Positions 26,233 through 34,142 of a stretch of DNA of 64,000 bases are shown here, in pieces; position 1 is the first letter of the stretch, and every line of letters begins with the position of its first letter. The notes under the pieces were generated by a model. It was not told the DNA's origin, did no database searches, and saw only the letters and a list, made by a program, of their open reading frames with translations. The DNA is taken from contig CAYMZG010000004.1 in assembly GCA_964394925.1 (NCBI GenBank), positions 31,208 to 95,207 of the forward strand, written 5' to 3'. This DNA comes from an uncultured Candidatus Saccharibacteria bacterium. Lineage in GTDB: Bacteria > Patescibacteriota > Saccharimonadia > Saccharimonadales > CAYLGV01. The position numbers were made by a program, and so were the translations under genes.

Positions 26233-26589
26233 ATGGATAAAACTATGCTGATGCTCGTGTGGTTGGTAACTTTGCTGATCACGGTACTTGTTCTTATTGG
26301 CTGGTGGAAGATATTTGAAAAAGCTGGTGAAGCAGGTTGGAAAGTGTTGATCCCATTCTATAACACCTACACCTACTTCCGCATTGCTGGTCGCAATGGC
26401 TGGGGCTTTTTACTACTCCTCATACCATTCGTGAACTTCATTGTGAGCATTGTAATTTCTGTTGATTTGGCTAAACACTTTGGCAAGGGTGCTGCATACG
26501 GCATCTTTGCGCTGTGGCTGCTGCCATTCATTGGTGCGTTGGACCTCGGCCTTGGTGATGCCAAGTACGTTGGCACAAAGCACGCCTAA
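26233..26589 (+). CDS. Small 3-TM membrane protein (DUF5684-like by recollection)
   Basis: WWKIFEKAGEAGWKVLIPFYNTY motif and hydrophobic segments. Confidence 0.5.
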   Translation: MDKTMLMLVWLVTLLITVLVLIGWWKIFEKAGEAGWKVLIPFYNTYTYFRIAGRNGWGFLLLLIPFVNFIVSIVISVDLAKHFGKGAAYGIFALWLLPFIGALDLGLGDAKYVGTKHA

Positions 26590-26625
26590 CTTTACTTAGC
26601 TAATAGACAAATCCATTACCACGAA

Positions 26626-26657
26626 ACACCCGCCTACAACCCAGGGCGGGTGTTTTA
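26626..26657 (+). terminator. Intrinsic terminator between convergent genes
   Basis: 9-bp stem ACACCCGCC/GGCGGGTGT, 10-nt loop, TTTT. Confidence 0.6.
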
Positions 26658-26667
26658 TACTTTAAGG

Positions 26668-27807
26668 TTACTTGTTGTACGCAGCTGCTTTGGCTTCGCG
26701 AGATGTAATACTGTCTTTTTCGGCTTTCGTTAGATAGCCACGACTTGTAAGGTAATCCAGTACAACAATACGGATACAACCTGCTAGTGGAATAGCAACG
26801 AGACCACCAAATATACCACTGAAGCTCACACCAATAATAACCGCGCTAAAAACCAGCAGCGGAGACATGTTGGTGGAATTGGCCTGAATCTTAGGTTGCA
26901 AAACATAGTTCTCTATCTGTTGGTACAAAATATAATAGGCTAAAATGAAAACCGCTGACCATGGCGAGTGGAAGAGCGCTACCGTCGTAACAATGGCAGC
27001 ACCAATGGTGTGGCCAACCAGCGGGATGAGCCCACAAATGAAGACAATAACCATCAGGGCTATCGGGTAGCTTACATGCAAAGCCAGTAGGGGGATGAGA
27101 ATAAGAAACGCCGCCAGGGCCGCAAGAGTGACCTGTCCATTTACAAAGCCAGTAACAACTTTGTACATATCTGCCGCCATACTCGAGAAATGATTCTCAT
27201 GTTCATCGGGAATGAGTTTTCTGAAGAACGCCAGCCAGCGCGGCCCCTCAATCAGCATCATATAGGTCAGCACAAGCACGGTAAGGGTTGAGAAAACGCT
27301 ACTGCCAACTTTACCAACACCCGTCACGGCAGTACCACTCATGTTCTGGAGTCGATCTTTGAGCTGACCTGAGACTTTATCGACTTGATCTTCAAGGTTG
27401 TAGCGGCGGATAAACCGGCCAACTGAGCTGTCGTCGCCACGAGCATTGTCGAGGATGGTCGGTGCATTGTCTATAAACGTTTGAGTTTGACGGACGATTG
27501 GTGGGGTAATGCTCGCAAGGAATGCGATCAAAAACAGAATAATAATCAAAAATGATAGACCAGTAGCTAGCGTACGGCTGCCACGGCGTTTACCCGGCAA
27601 GCGCTGAGCCAACCAGTGGACTGGCATGTTTAGAGCAAGCGCCAAGAAAAATGCCGTGAAGATAAGCACGATGGCGTGAGCAGCGTGGCGGATAGCCGCT
27701 ACCGCAACCACAGCCACGATAACCATTAGTAGCACGCGGATCACGGTCGAGTTCGAAACCGTAACTTCTACTGCTTGATCGCTGTCTTTGCGGCGTAATC
27801 GAAACAT
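26668..27807 (-). CDS. AI-2E family transporter (PerM/UPF0118)
   Basis: 8-TM profile with the typical central soluble loop and a GLIPLVG-type segment. Confidence 0.75.
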   Translation of the reverse strand: MFRLRRKDSDQAVEVTVSNSTVIRVLLMVIVAVVAVAAIRHAAHAIVLIFTAFFLALALNMPVHWLAQRLPGKRRGSRTLATGLSFLIIILFLIAFLASITPPIVRQTQTFIDNAPTILDNARGDDSSVGRFIRRYNLEDQVDKVSGQLKDRLQNMSGTAVTGVGKVGSSVFSTLTVLVLTYMMLIEGPRWLAFFRKLIPDEHENHFSSMAADMYKVVTGFVNGQVTLAALAAFLILIPLLALHVSYPIALMVIVFICGLIPLVGHTIGAAIVTTVALFHSPWSAVFILAYYILYQQIENYVLQPKIQANSTNMSPLLVFSAVIIGVSFSGIFGGLVAIPLAGCIRIVVLDYLTSRGYLTKAEKDSITSREAKAAAYNK

Positions 27808-27818
27808 ATTACGTTTAA

Positions 27819-28964
27819 TTATGGCAGGTTTGCTCGTCTTTTCAACAAGGCATGGTTATAAACTTCTAGTAACTGCTGTCCGACCACATGGATGTCGTAG
27901 TGCTGCACCGCTTTGGTCTGCCAACGCAACGCAGCATGGCGGGCCCGAGCGGAGACAATAAAATGCAGAAGCTGCTTGGCGAAGCTCTCTGTTTCGTTAA
28001 GGGTAATAAGCTGATCGGCCCGTTCACCGAGAACCGTTTCGTAGCCAACATTACTGCCACCGAGTACAACTTTTGCACCCGCTGCCATGGCCTCAACCAA
28101 GACAATACCAAAACTCTCACCACCCGTACTCGGGAAAACCGCAACATCGGCACTGGCCAGATAGTTCGGTTTTTCGGCTTCTGGTACATAGCCAATAAAG
28201 TGCACGATGTGTCCCAGGTGATTCTGATGCACGTACGCTTCGAGCTTGGCTTGGAGTGGACCCTTGCCGCCTATGAGGACCCGGGTGTTATCGAGCTTGT
28301 GTGCAGCATGCAGCTTTTCAATGGCTTGCAAGAAGTACATACAGCCCTTGCGCTCAACCAAACGACCGAGAAAAACTATGTTCAATTTATCGTCATCATA
28401 CTTCGCAAGTTGTCGACCTTTGCTGAATCGCCCGACATCAACAGCGTTTGGTATGACTACAGACGCGAGCTTGAATGACTCTTTCAAAAATATAGCGGCT
28501 GGCTTCGAAACACTCACCACGGCGTCGAACCGCTGGCGACTACTGCGAAGTGCCATGCCAAGCAAGCGGGTGGCTTTCTTCTCGAGGCCCGAAAAAGGAA
28601 TGATGTGGAAGGTGCCGACTACGGCCGTAGAGTTCGGGGCGGCTTTGATGATTTTGGCTGCCATAAGTGGGCTGTAGGGCATCTGTACGTGCAGCACATC
28701 AAAGTTTTCACGATCTAATAAGGTCTTGATGCGTTTGGCAGAAGCGGGTAGTGGGGTGCTCATACGGTTTTGGTTAAAATGCACTTGCAAGTTACGAGAC
28801 AGGCTGTGAATATGCTTGAGGTCTTTTCGCTCAGTTTGCCCAACCAGGTAATGCACTTCGTAGCCAAGGTGTTGATAGTAGGCGCCGAGCGTCGTCACGT
28901 ACTGCTGCACCCCGTCGGTTTTGTCGAGGCTGTCGTCGAGCACGAAGCCGATTTTAAGCGGCAT
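27819..28964 (-). CDS. Family-4 (GT-B) glycosyltransferase
   Basis: MPLKIGFVLDD N-terminus and the E-x7-E region GGESFGIVLVEAMAAG. Start set at the MPLKIG methionine; the ORF is open further upstream. Confidence 0.8.
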   Translation of the reverse strand: MPLKIGFVLDDSLDKTDGVQQYVTTLGAYYQHLGYEVHYLVGQTERKDLKHIHSLSRNLQVHFNQNRMSTPLPASAKRIKTLLDRENFDVLHVQMPYSPLMAAKIIKAAPNSTAVVGTFHIIPFSGLEKKATRLLGMALRSSRQRFDAVVSVSKPAAIFLKESFKLASVVIPNAVDVGRFSKGRQLAKYDDDKLNIVFLGRLVERKGCMYFLQAIEKLHAAHKLDNTRVLIGGKGPLQAKLEAYVHQNHLGHIVHFIGYVPEAEKPNYLASADVAVFPSTGGESFGIVLVEAMAAGAKVVLGGSNVGYETVLGERADQLITLNETESFAKQLLHFIVSARARHAALRWQTKAVQHYDIHVVGQQLLEVYNHALLKRRANLP

Positions 28965-30048
28965 AGAGGCGTTCGTATGCATCGACAACGTTCGGGTAGT
29001 TATATTGTTTAACCGTTTCCAGCGCCCACTTGCGCCAGACATCACGCAATTGTTCGTTATACGCCATAAGCTCAAGCGTGCGCACAAAATCTGCCGTTTC
29101 TTTGGGGTTTACGAGCGACAATTGGCCCGTGCCATCCAAAACCGCCGAATAACCGGGGTTATCGCCAGCTACCACCGGCACACCGCAGGCCATGGCTTCA
29201 AGCAAGACAATACCAAAACTCTCACCATAAATTGCAGGTGAGCAAAAGACAGTGGCACTACGAAGTAGTTGCAGTTTTTCGGCGTCGGAAACACGACCTC
29301 GGAACTCAACATTAACCCCTTGATCTTTAGCATAATTGGTCAGTCGCTGCCTATCCGGGCCATCGCCAGCAATGATGAGCTTTAGTGGCTGGGAGCCCCG
29401 CTGCTGTAATGCCATGGCTTTAATGAGATATTTAAGACCCTTGCGGCCTTCCAGCCGTCCAATATAGAGAACATACTTTTCAGCTGCTGGCTTGCCGACC
29501 TTATACTTCGTTAAATCTATGCCATTTGGAATAATCGTAATTTCCTGATTGGTAAGGCTACGAGCATACTCCGCACCCGCTTCGGACACTGCTGTTAACA
29601 AGTTGGGATATTTAAGAACTGCTTTGGTGTATGGAGTGATCACACGTTCAATGGTACGGCTCATAACCGTGTCGGGAAGCTTAGCATGAAAGGTGGCAAC
29701 GTTCTTGGTTTGGCTACGCTGCAGCATTTGCCATGATAAGAAAGGCACCCACGGCTCGTGAAAATGCAGCACATCAAATTGTTCTGTGTCGAGTAGCTGG
29801 ACTAACTGTTTGGTATCAACGCTAACAGAGATCTGGGCGGTCGTATTTTGAAAGGGCGACTTAATGTCTCGAGCTCGGCCCAGCAGGCGCACGTACGGTT
29901 CAACGTGCTCGGGCACTTCACGAGGTTGTGGTGTAACGATCAATGCGTCGTGTCCACGCCGGCTGAGTTCGGCTTGCAGCGCAAATACCACTTCTTGAAC
30001 GCCACCACCCTTATAGATGTTGTAGGGACAAATAAGGCCAATTTTCAT
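28954..30048 (-). CDS. Family-4 (GT-B) glycosyltransferase
   Basis: MKIGLICPYNIYKGGGVQE N-terminus and YGESFGIVLLEAMACGVPVV. Confidence 0.85.
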   Translation of the reverse strand: MKIGLICPYNIYKGGGVQEVVFALQAELSRRGHDALIVTPQPREVPEHVEPYVRLLGRARDIKSPFQNTTAQISVSVDTKQLVQLLDTEQFDVLHFHEPWVPFLSWQMLQRSQTKNVATFHAKLPDTVMSRTIERVITPYTKAVLKYPNLLTAVSEAGAEYARSLTNQEITIIPNGIDLTKYKVGKPAAEKYVLYIGRLEGRKGLKYLIKAMALQQRGSQPLKLIIAGDGPDRQRLTNYAKDQGVNVEFRGRVSDAEKLQLLRSATVFCSPAIYGESFGIVLLEAMACGVPVVAGDNPGYSAVLDGTGQLSLVNPKETADFVRTLELMAYNEQLRDVWRKWALETVKQYNYPNVVDAYERLYAA

Positions 30049-30072
30049 CTTAAATACAGTATAGCAAATTAG

Positions 30073-31008
30073 CTATTTGGGTTGGCGCGCCAACATTCGT
30101 CGTATCTGTTTGGGTATGAGTGGAGCAACCTCTTCGGCAGTTGCCAGCACCGACGGCGCATGATTATTAAGATCAGCGTGGACCACATGTACATCTTTGT
30201 AAATCACTTTTAAGTGCTGTTCAACACGGTGTTTGTCAAAATAGTTATCGGCGTCGACGGATATATGCCACAGCGGCAGGTCAACGCGCTGCTGGCAGTT
30301 GTCCAGGTTTAAGAATTGATCAGACGTATAGGCGTGCGTGCGCATATCATTGCAGTGCCATAGATGAATCTCAAAATCCATCATATTCTTTGTTTGCTGC
30401 TTGTCCATATCCTTGAATTTGTGTTTGGCGTTATTCGTGCGATGGTAAGCCAACCTCAGAACCACTGGGTTAAGGGCAATTGTGCGGAACATCCAAGCAG
30501 GTATGCGGTAAGACGTCGTGCGCGCCACAAAACGGTAGAAATTCCAACGAGTTTTACTAAATGTAAAGTCGTCTTTATGTGAAAAACCAACCACGCTCAC
30601 CAATAGGTCAACCTTCTTCACCAGATCAGGATAGCGTTGCAGCATGCGGGTTGCCACCACAAAACCAAAGCTGAGACCGGCGATTGTTACTTTTTTTCGC
30701 TTATACCTAAGCTTAATAAAGGTTGCAAGGTAGTCGGCGAGCGTGTCGATGTCGGGCTTGCGGCCAATTTTGTACAGACTCTCCATGCCACCAAAGCCTG
30801 GCAGATCTGGCACGGTGACCGCACCATACTGGTTGAGATCTTGAATCAGCCCCCACCAACGCTCAAGCGAGGAGTGGTGACCATACACAAATAGAATCTC
30901 CCGTTTTTTGCCTTTGGGCGCTGGCATGCGCAGCATGCGACCCTGTAAACCATTAATGTACAGTGGCACAATGAAATCAGCCGGCAGTGGTGTGCTCGTT
31001 TTCGTCAT
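30073..31008 (-). CDS. Alpha/beta-fold hydrolase
   Basis: HG-type oxyanion region (VYGHHSS) and nucleophile elbow GLSFG. Confidence 0.65.
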   Translation of the reverse strand: MTKTSTPLPADFIVPLYINGLQGRMLRMPAPKGKKREILFVYGHHSSLERWWGLIQDLNQYGAVTVPDLPGFGGMESLYKIGRKPDIDTLADYLATFIKLRYKRKKVTIAGLSFGFVVATRMLQRYPDLVKKVDLLVSVVGFSHKDDFTFSKTRWNFYRFVARTTSYRIPAWMFRTIALNPVVLRLAYHRTNNAKHKFKDMDKQQTKNMMDFEIHLWHCNDMRTHAYTSDQFLNLDNCQQRVDLPLWHISVDADNYFDKHRVEQHLKVIYKDVHVVHADLNNHAPSVLATAEEVAPLIPKQIRRMLARQPK

Positions 31009-31064
31009 GTTATATACACCTTACCGAAAGAGAGGGCAAGGGGCAAGCCGTGATAATCACATCA

Positions 31065-32324
31065 CTATAAATAGCCGCCGGCATGTGTGAGTCGCCACGG
31101 AATGGAACCTGAGCTTATAGCTCCTGTTGCCTCGGCCGTGAGCGGATAGGTCTGGTTTCCAACGTGCACCTGGACCGTGCCGACATCATCACCTTGCTTT
31201 ACACTCTTACCAAGGTTCGCGCCAACCAGCTCCGCCGAAGGTGCTTGGCCAGCCCACACAAGGGTGCGTAAGCCTTGGCGAGCTACCACCGTAGTGCTGC
31301 TGCCACCCGATTGATTCACCTTGCCAACAACCTGACCAGTTTTTACGACTTCAATGTTTTGGAAGTTCTTGAAGGTTTCATCTACCAACGGCTGTGACGA
31401 TTTAATGGCTTCGTATAGGTTCGTTGCGCCCATAACGGTGCCAACAACCGTAACTTTTTGACCTTCTACCTCACGACGAGCCGCAAACATAAAACAACCG
31501 CCGGCTTCGTCGGTATTCCCAGTCTTAACACCCACAATACCATCCTGGCCAAGCATGAAGTTCACGTTTGTAACAGTACCTGCAACAGGCAGGTCGGCTT
31601 CGGTTTGGCCAACAATCTCGGATATGACTGGGTGATTCATGGCAATTTCAGCGAGCTTAGTAAGATCAACTGCGGTGCTGGTGGTTTGGGGCGAAAAGCC
31701 GCTGGCGTCGGCCATGGTGGTGTTGGTCATACCAAGTGTCTTAGTAAAGGGGTTTACGTACGCCAGGTAATCGTTTGTTGAGCCAAAGGCCCAACGTGCC
31801 AGTACATCAGCCATGTTGTTAGCCGAAGGCAAGAGCAGCGCTTGTAAGGCCTGGTATTCGGTGAGCGTCTCGCCGGCGGTAACCTTAATGGTAGACTGCC
31901 CTTGAGCAGCGTAGGATTCATATGTTTTAACGTCTTCAGGAGTAATAGTAATCGTTTCGCCTTTGCCACCAGCAGGGATTGGCTTAGCCTTGAGTACTGC
32001 CAAAGCAGTAAGCACCTTGGCGACACTTGCGGTTGGCAGAGGCTTTTCATCACCATGTTTGGTTAAGAGTCCATAGCCTACAGCACCAACTGCCGCTTGA
32101 CCCTGCTCGGGCCATGGCATGCTGACTGGCTGAGCACCCCGCAGCTGTAATTTATCTGACGCCACCTGCAAAGAGGGCACGGGCAAGATCATCACAATCC
32201 CCACATAGAGTGCAATACACAACAGCAAGACGCGCCACCACAGATGTTTGCGTTTCTTCTTGTGCTGCGTCTTAACACGATGGTCACGACGCTCCTCCAG
32301 CTCCTTTGGATCCAACACTCGCAT
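31065..32324 (-). CDS. Serine-type D-Ala-D-Ala carboxypeptidase (PBP5/S11-like), membrane anchored
   Basis: SVAK (SxxK), SANN (SxN), KTGNT (KTG), and an N-terminal TM. Confidence 0.85.
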   Translation of the reverse strand: MRVLDPKELEERRDHRVKTQHKKKRKHLWWRVLLLCIALYVGIVMILPVPSLQVASDKLQLRGAQPVSMPWPEQGQAAVGAVGYGLLTKHGDEKPLPTASVAKVLTALAVLKAKPIPAGGKGETITITPEDVKTYESYAAQGQSTIKVTAGETLTEYQALQALLLPSANNMADVLARWAFGSTNDYLAYVNPFTKTLGMTNTTMADASGFSPQTTSTAVDLTKLAEIAMNHPVISEIVGQTEADLPVAGTVTNVNFMLGQDGIVGVKTGNTDEAGGCFMFAARREVEGQKVTVVGTVMGATNLYEAIKSSQPLVDETFKNFQNIEVVKTGQVVGKVNQSGGSSTTVVARQGLRTLVWAGQAPSAELVGANLGKSVKQGDDVGTVQVHVGNQTYPLTAEATGAISSGSIPWRLTHAGGYL

Positions 32325-32415
32325 TCTGCCTATGATTATAGCTGAACTGCTGTGTTTTTGGTTAGAAAAATGCTTATGGATATTATTGGTTTCGCGCTGC
32401 GGATTTTTAGAGATG

Positions 32416-32444
32416 TTGAGAAATTACCACTTCTGCGTTAAAAT
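32416..32444 (+). promoter_or_regulatory. Putative tRNA-Gln promoter
   Basis: TTGAGA, 17-nt spacer, TAAAAT, about 48 nt upstream of the tRNA 5' end. Confidence 0.35.
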
Positions 32445-32492
32445 CTATCTGTTTAACAGGCTAGTAATTCTAGCTTTGTAGTAACAGTATAT

Positions 32493-32567
32493 TAGGGCGT
32501 GGCCAAGTGGTAAGGCACCAGGTTTTGGTCCTGGCATTCGGGGGTTCGAATCCCTCCGCCCTAGCCA
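32493..32567 (+). tRNA. tRNA-Gln (anticodon UUG), CCA encoded
   Basis: Cloverleaf read by hand: acceptor TAGGGCG/CGCCCTA with the U1:A72 pair typical of tRNA-Gln, D-arm GCCAAGTGGTAAGGCA, anticodon arm CCAGG-TTTTGGT-CCTGG, T-arm GGGGG-TTCGAAT-CCCTC, then GCCA. Aligns position by position with E. coli tRNA-Gln. Confidence 0.92.
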
Positions 32568-32610
32568 AAAAGGTTTGGCAGTGAGCATCGCTTGCTGGCA
32601 AACCTTTTTT
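32568..32610 (+). terminator. Intrinsic terminator after tRNA-Gln
   Basis: Stem AAAGGTTTGGCAG/CTGGCAAACCTTT (one mismatch) followed by TTTTTT. Confidence 0.65.
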
Positions 32611-32693
32611 ACTTGGCTGAAGGATTATATGAACGAGGTTCGGCGTAGCGGCGGCTTTGCCGTCCGCGGAGAAGCCCACCTTTGGTAGGCGCT

Positions 32694-32764
32694 ATCCCTC
32701 CGTCCTAGCCATAAGCATTTTGACCTCTGTTCGCAGAGGTTTTTGTTTTCGGTCGTGCTTGCAA
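32694..32764 (+). repeat. Cassette-array repeat copy A (carries tRNA 3'-end duplicate instead of the 5' box)
   Basis: ATCCCTCCGTCCTAGCCA (32694-32711) matches tRNA positions 32550-32567 at 17/18. It continues TAAGCATTTTGACCTCTG-TTCG-CAGAGGTTTTTGTTTT ... GCTTGCAA. Confidence 0.8.
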
Positions 32765-32809
32765 TCCGAGACTTACTACAAGACAATATGTCTATAAAGG
32801 AGTAAAGAA

Positions 32810-33121
32810 ATGGAACGCAAAGATATAGCATCTTCATACGGGCCGCGTGAGCCGCGACACGACAGAGTGTCTTTTGATGGAAGTGGTCGAGAAGCAGAAC
32901 TTCTCGTTACTGGATTACGAGCACTTGCAGCACAAATTGCGATTCGTGATGTAACCACGGAGGCTAGCAATGGCTATTTTTATCCACACGGTTCACGACA
33001 CCAAGGAGACGGTGTTCCTCTTGCTGGAGAAATAGCAACTCTGCTTGCACAGATTGAGAATCCAAATTTTGTTGAAGCCGAGACGGCATCCGAAACTCCA
33101 AAACCTGTAGTCAGTAGCTAG
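32810..33121 (+). CDS. Cassette 1: hypothetical protein (103 aa)
   Basis: ATG after AAGGAG. No motif recognised. Confidence 0.5.
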   Translation: MERKDIASSYGPREPRHDRVSFDGSGREAELLVTGLRALAAQIAIRDVTTEASNGYFYPHGSRHQGDGVPLAGEIATLLAQIENPNFVEAETASETPKPVVSS

Positions 33122-33146
33122 TCTAAGTTTTAACGATAACCTTAAA

Positions 33147-33234
33147 GTTCCGAAGTACATCAACCAAAGGTAGCCATAAGCACTTTAACCTCTGTTATGT
33201 CAGAGGTTTTTGTTTTTTGATATAATGATTATAT
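33147..33234 (+). repeat. Cassette-array repeat copy B
   Basis: GTTCCGAAGTACATCAACCAAAGGTAGCCATAAGCACTTTAACCTCTG-TTATGT-CAGAGGTTTTTGTTTTTT, then TGaTATAAT (extended -10) inside the palindrome ATATAATGATTATAT. Confidence 0.85.
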
Positions 33235-33484
33235 GGCTGAGGTAATCACACCAAATAGAACCGATATGCTTCTTGGAGTAATTAACGAGACACCTCCAGA
33301 AGAGCTGACTTCAAGCTATTTACTTGAAACGATGAAGGGCTATGAGGCGTTCTCGAAGTTTACACGGCGTGCTGTTATTGAATCATTGGCGCATCTAGAG
33401 ACTAATGGCCGTGTTGCGTTTGACCCTAAATTACACATCACCGACATTGGCTCGCAACGCCTCCATGACGTTGGGCTAATTTAA
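33233..33484 (+). CDS. Cassette 2: small protein (83 aa), possible winged-helix
   Basis: The ATG lies 6 nt after TATAAT (leaderless-looking). The FSKFTRRAVIESLAHLETNGRV segment looks like a wHTH recognition helix plus wing. This is inference only. Confidence 0.45.
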   Translation: MAEVITPNRTDMLLGVINETPPEELTSSYLLETMKGYEAFSKFTRRAVIESLAHLETNGRVAFDPKLHITDIGSQRLHDVGLI

Positions 33485-33499
33485 CGCATTAGCTCTCAA

Positions 33500-33590
33500 G
33501 TTCCGAAGTACATCGACCAAACCTAGCCAAGCATAAGCGGGATGAAGACTTCTTCGGAAGTCTTTTGTTTTCGTATACAATAAATGCATG
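33500..33590 (+). repeat. Cassette-array repeat copy C (divergent hairpin stem, same architecture)
   Basis: GTTCCGAAGTACATCGACCAAACCTAGCCAAGCATAAGC, then hairpin AAGACTTC-TTCG-GAAGTCTT plus T-run, then TACAAT and the ATGCAT palindrome. Confidence 0.75.
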
Positions 33591-34085
33591 TACAGTAAAG
33601 ATCTTGAGGGTAATCAGTATATAATATCTGACGATCAACTTTCTTGGCGACCTTCCGCTTACGGCATAGTAATTATGGATAATAAGATCCTTTTGGTGAG
33701 AGAAAATGGCAAATACCATCTTCCTGGAGGTGGCTTGGACTTTGGAGAAGACCCTAAAAACGCGGTGATACGTGAAGTAAGAGAAGAGACCGGCATAACA
33801 ACGGAGGATCCCATAATAATTGATGTAGTTAGCTCATTCTTTAGCTACGGTGCTAATGATAACCCTCCTAACTTGCAACACGTGAACTCACTACTTATCT
33901 ACTATTCCTGTAAATTTGTGAGCGAAGACGCAGGAGATATCAAATTAGATGAATATGAGAGAGAGGCTGGCTTATCACATGAATGGGTAGAAGTTAGTCA
34001 ACTTAATGAAATAACTGTCGGAACTACTGTTGACTGGCGCCCTCTCATAGCCCAGGTAGTTCCGAAGTACATCAACCAAAGGTAG
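33588..34085 (+). CDS. Cassette 3: NUDIX hydrolase
   Basis: Nudix box GGGLDFGEDPKNAVIREVREETGI. The ATG lies 6 nt after TACAAT. The last 8 codons plus the stop are encoded by repeat copy D. Confidence 0.8.
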   Translation: MYSKDLEGNQYIISDDQLSWRPSAYGIVIMDNKILLVRENGKYHLPGGGLDFGEDPKNAVIREVREETGITTEDPIIIDVVSSFFSYGANDNPPNLQHVNSLLIYYSCKFVSEDAGDIKLDEYEREAGLSHEWVEVSQLNEITVGTTVDWRPLIAQVVPKYINQR

Positions 34086-34142
34086 TCATAAGCACTTTAA
34101 CCTCTGTCCGCAGAGGTTTTTGTTTTACGCATATGCTTGCAA
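34059..34142 (+). repeat. Cassette-array repeat copy D
   Basis: GTTCCGAAGTACATCAACCAAAGGTAGTCATAAGCACTTTAACCTCTG-TCCG-CAGAGGTTTTTGTTTT-AC-GCATATGCTTGCAA. Confidence 0.85.

Noticed and set aside
27888-28478. 196-aa plus-strand ORF, with neighbouring plus-strand ORFs 28246-28677 and 28921-29241
   Set aside because: These are antisense shadows of the two GT4 glycosyltransferase genes.
32613-32711. Second tRNA gene or tRNA pseudogene ending in ...CCTAGCCA
   Set aside because: Only the last 18 nt match the tRNA-Gln 3' end. There is no GTTCGAA T-loop, no complementary 5' acceptor strand and no D or anticodon arm. It is treated as a partial duplication (att-like scar).
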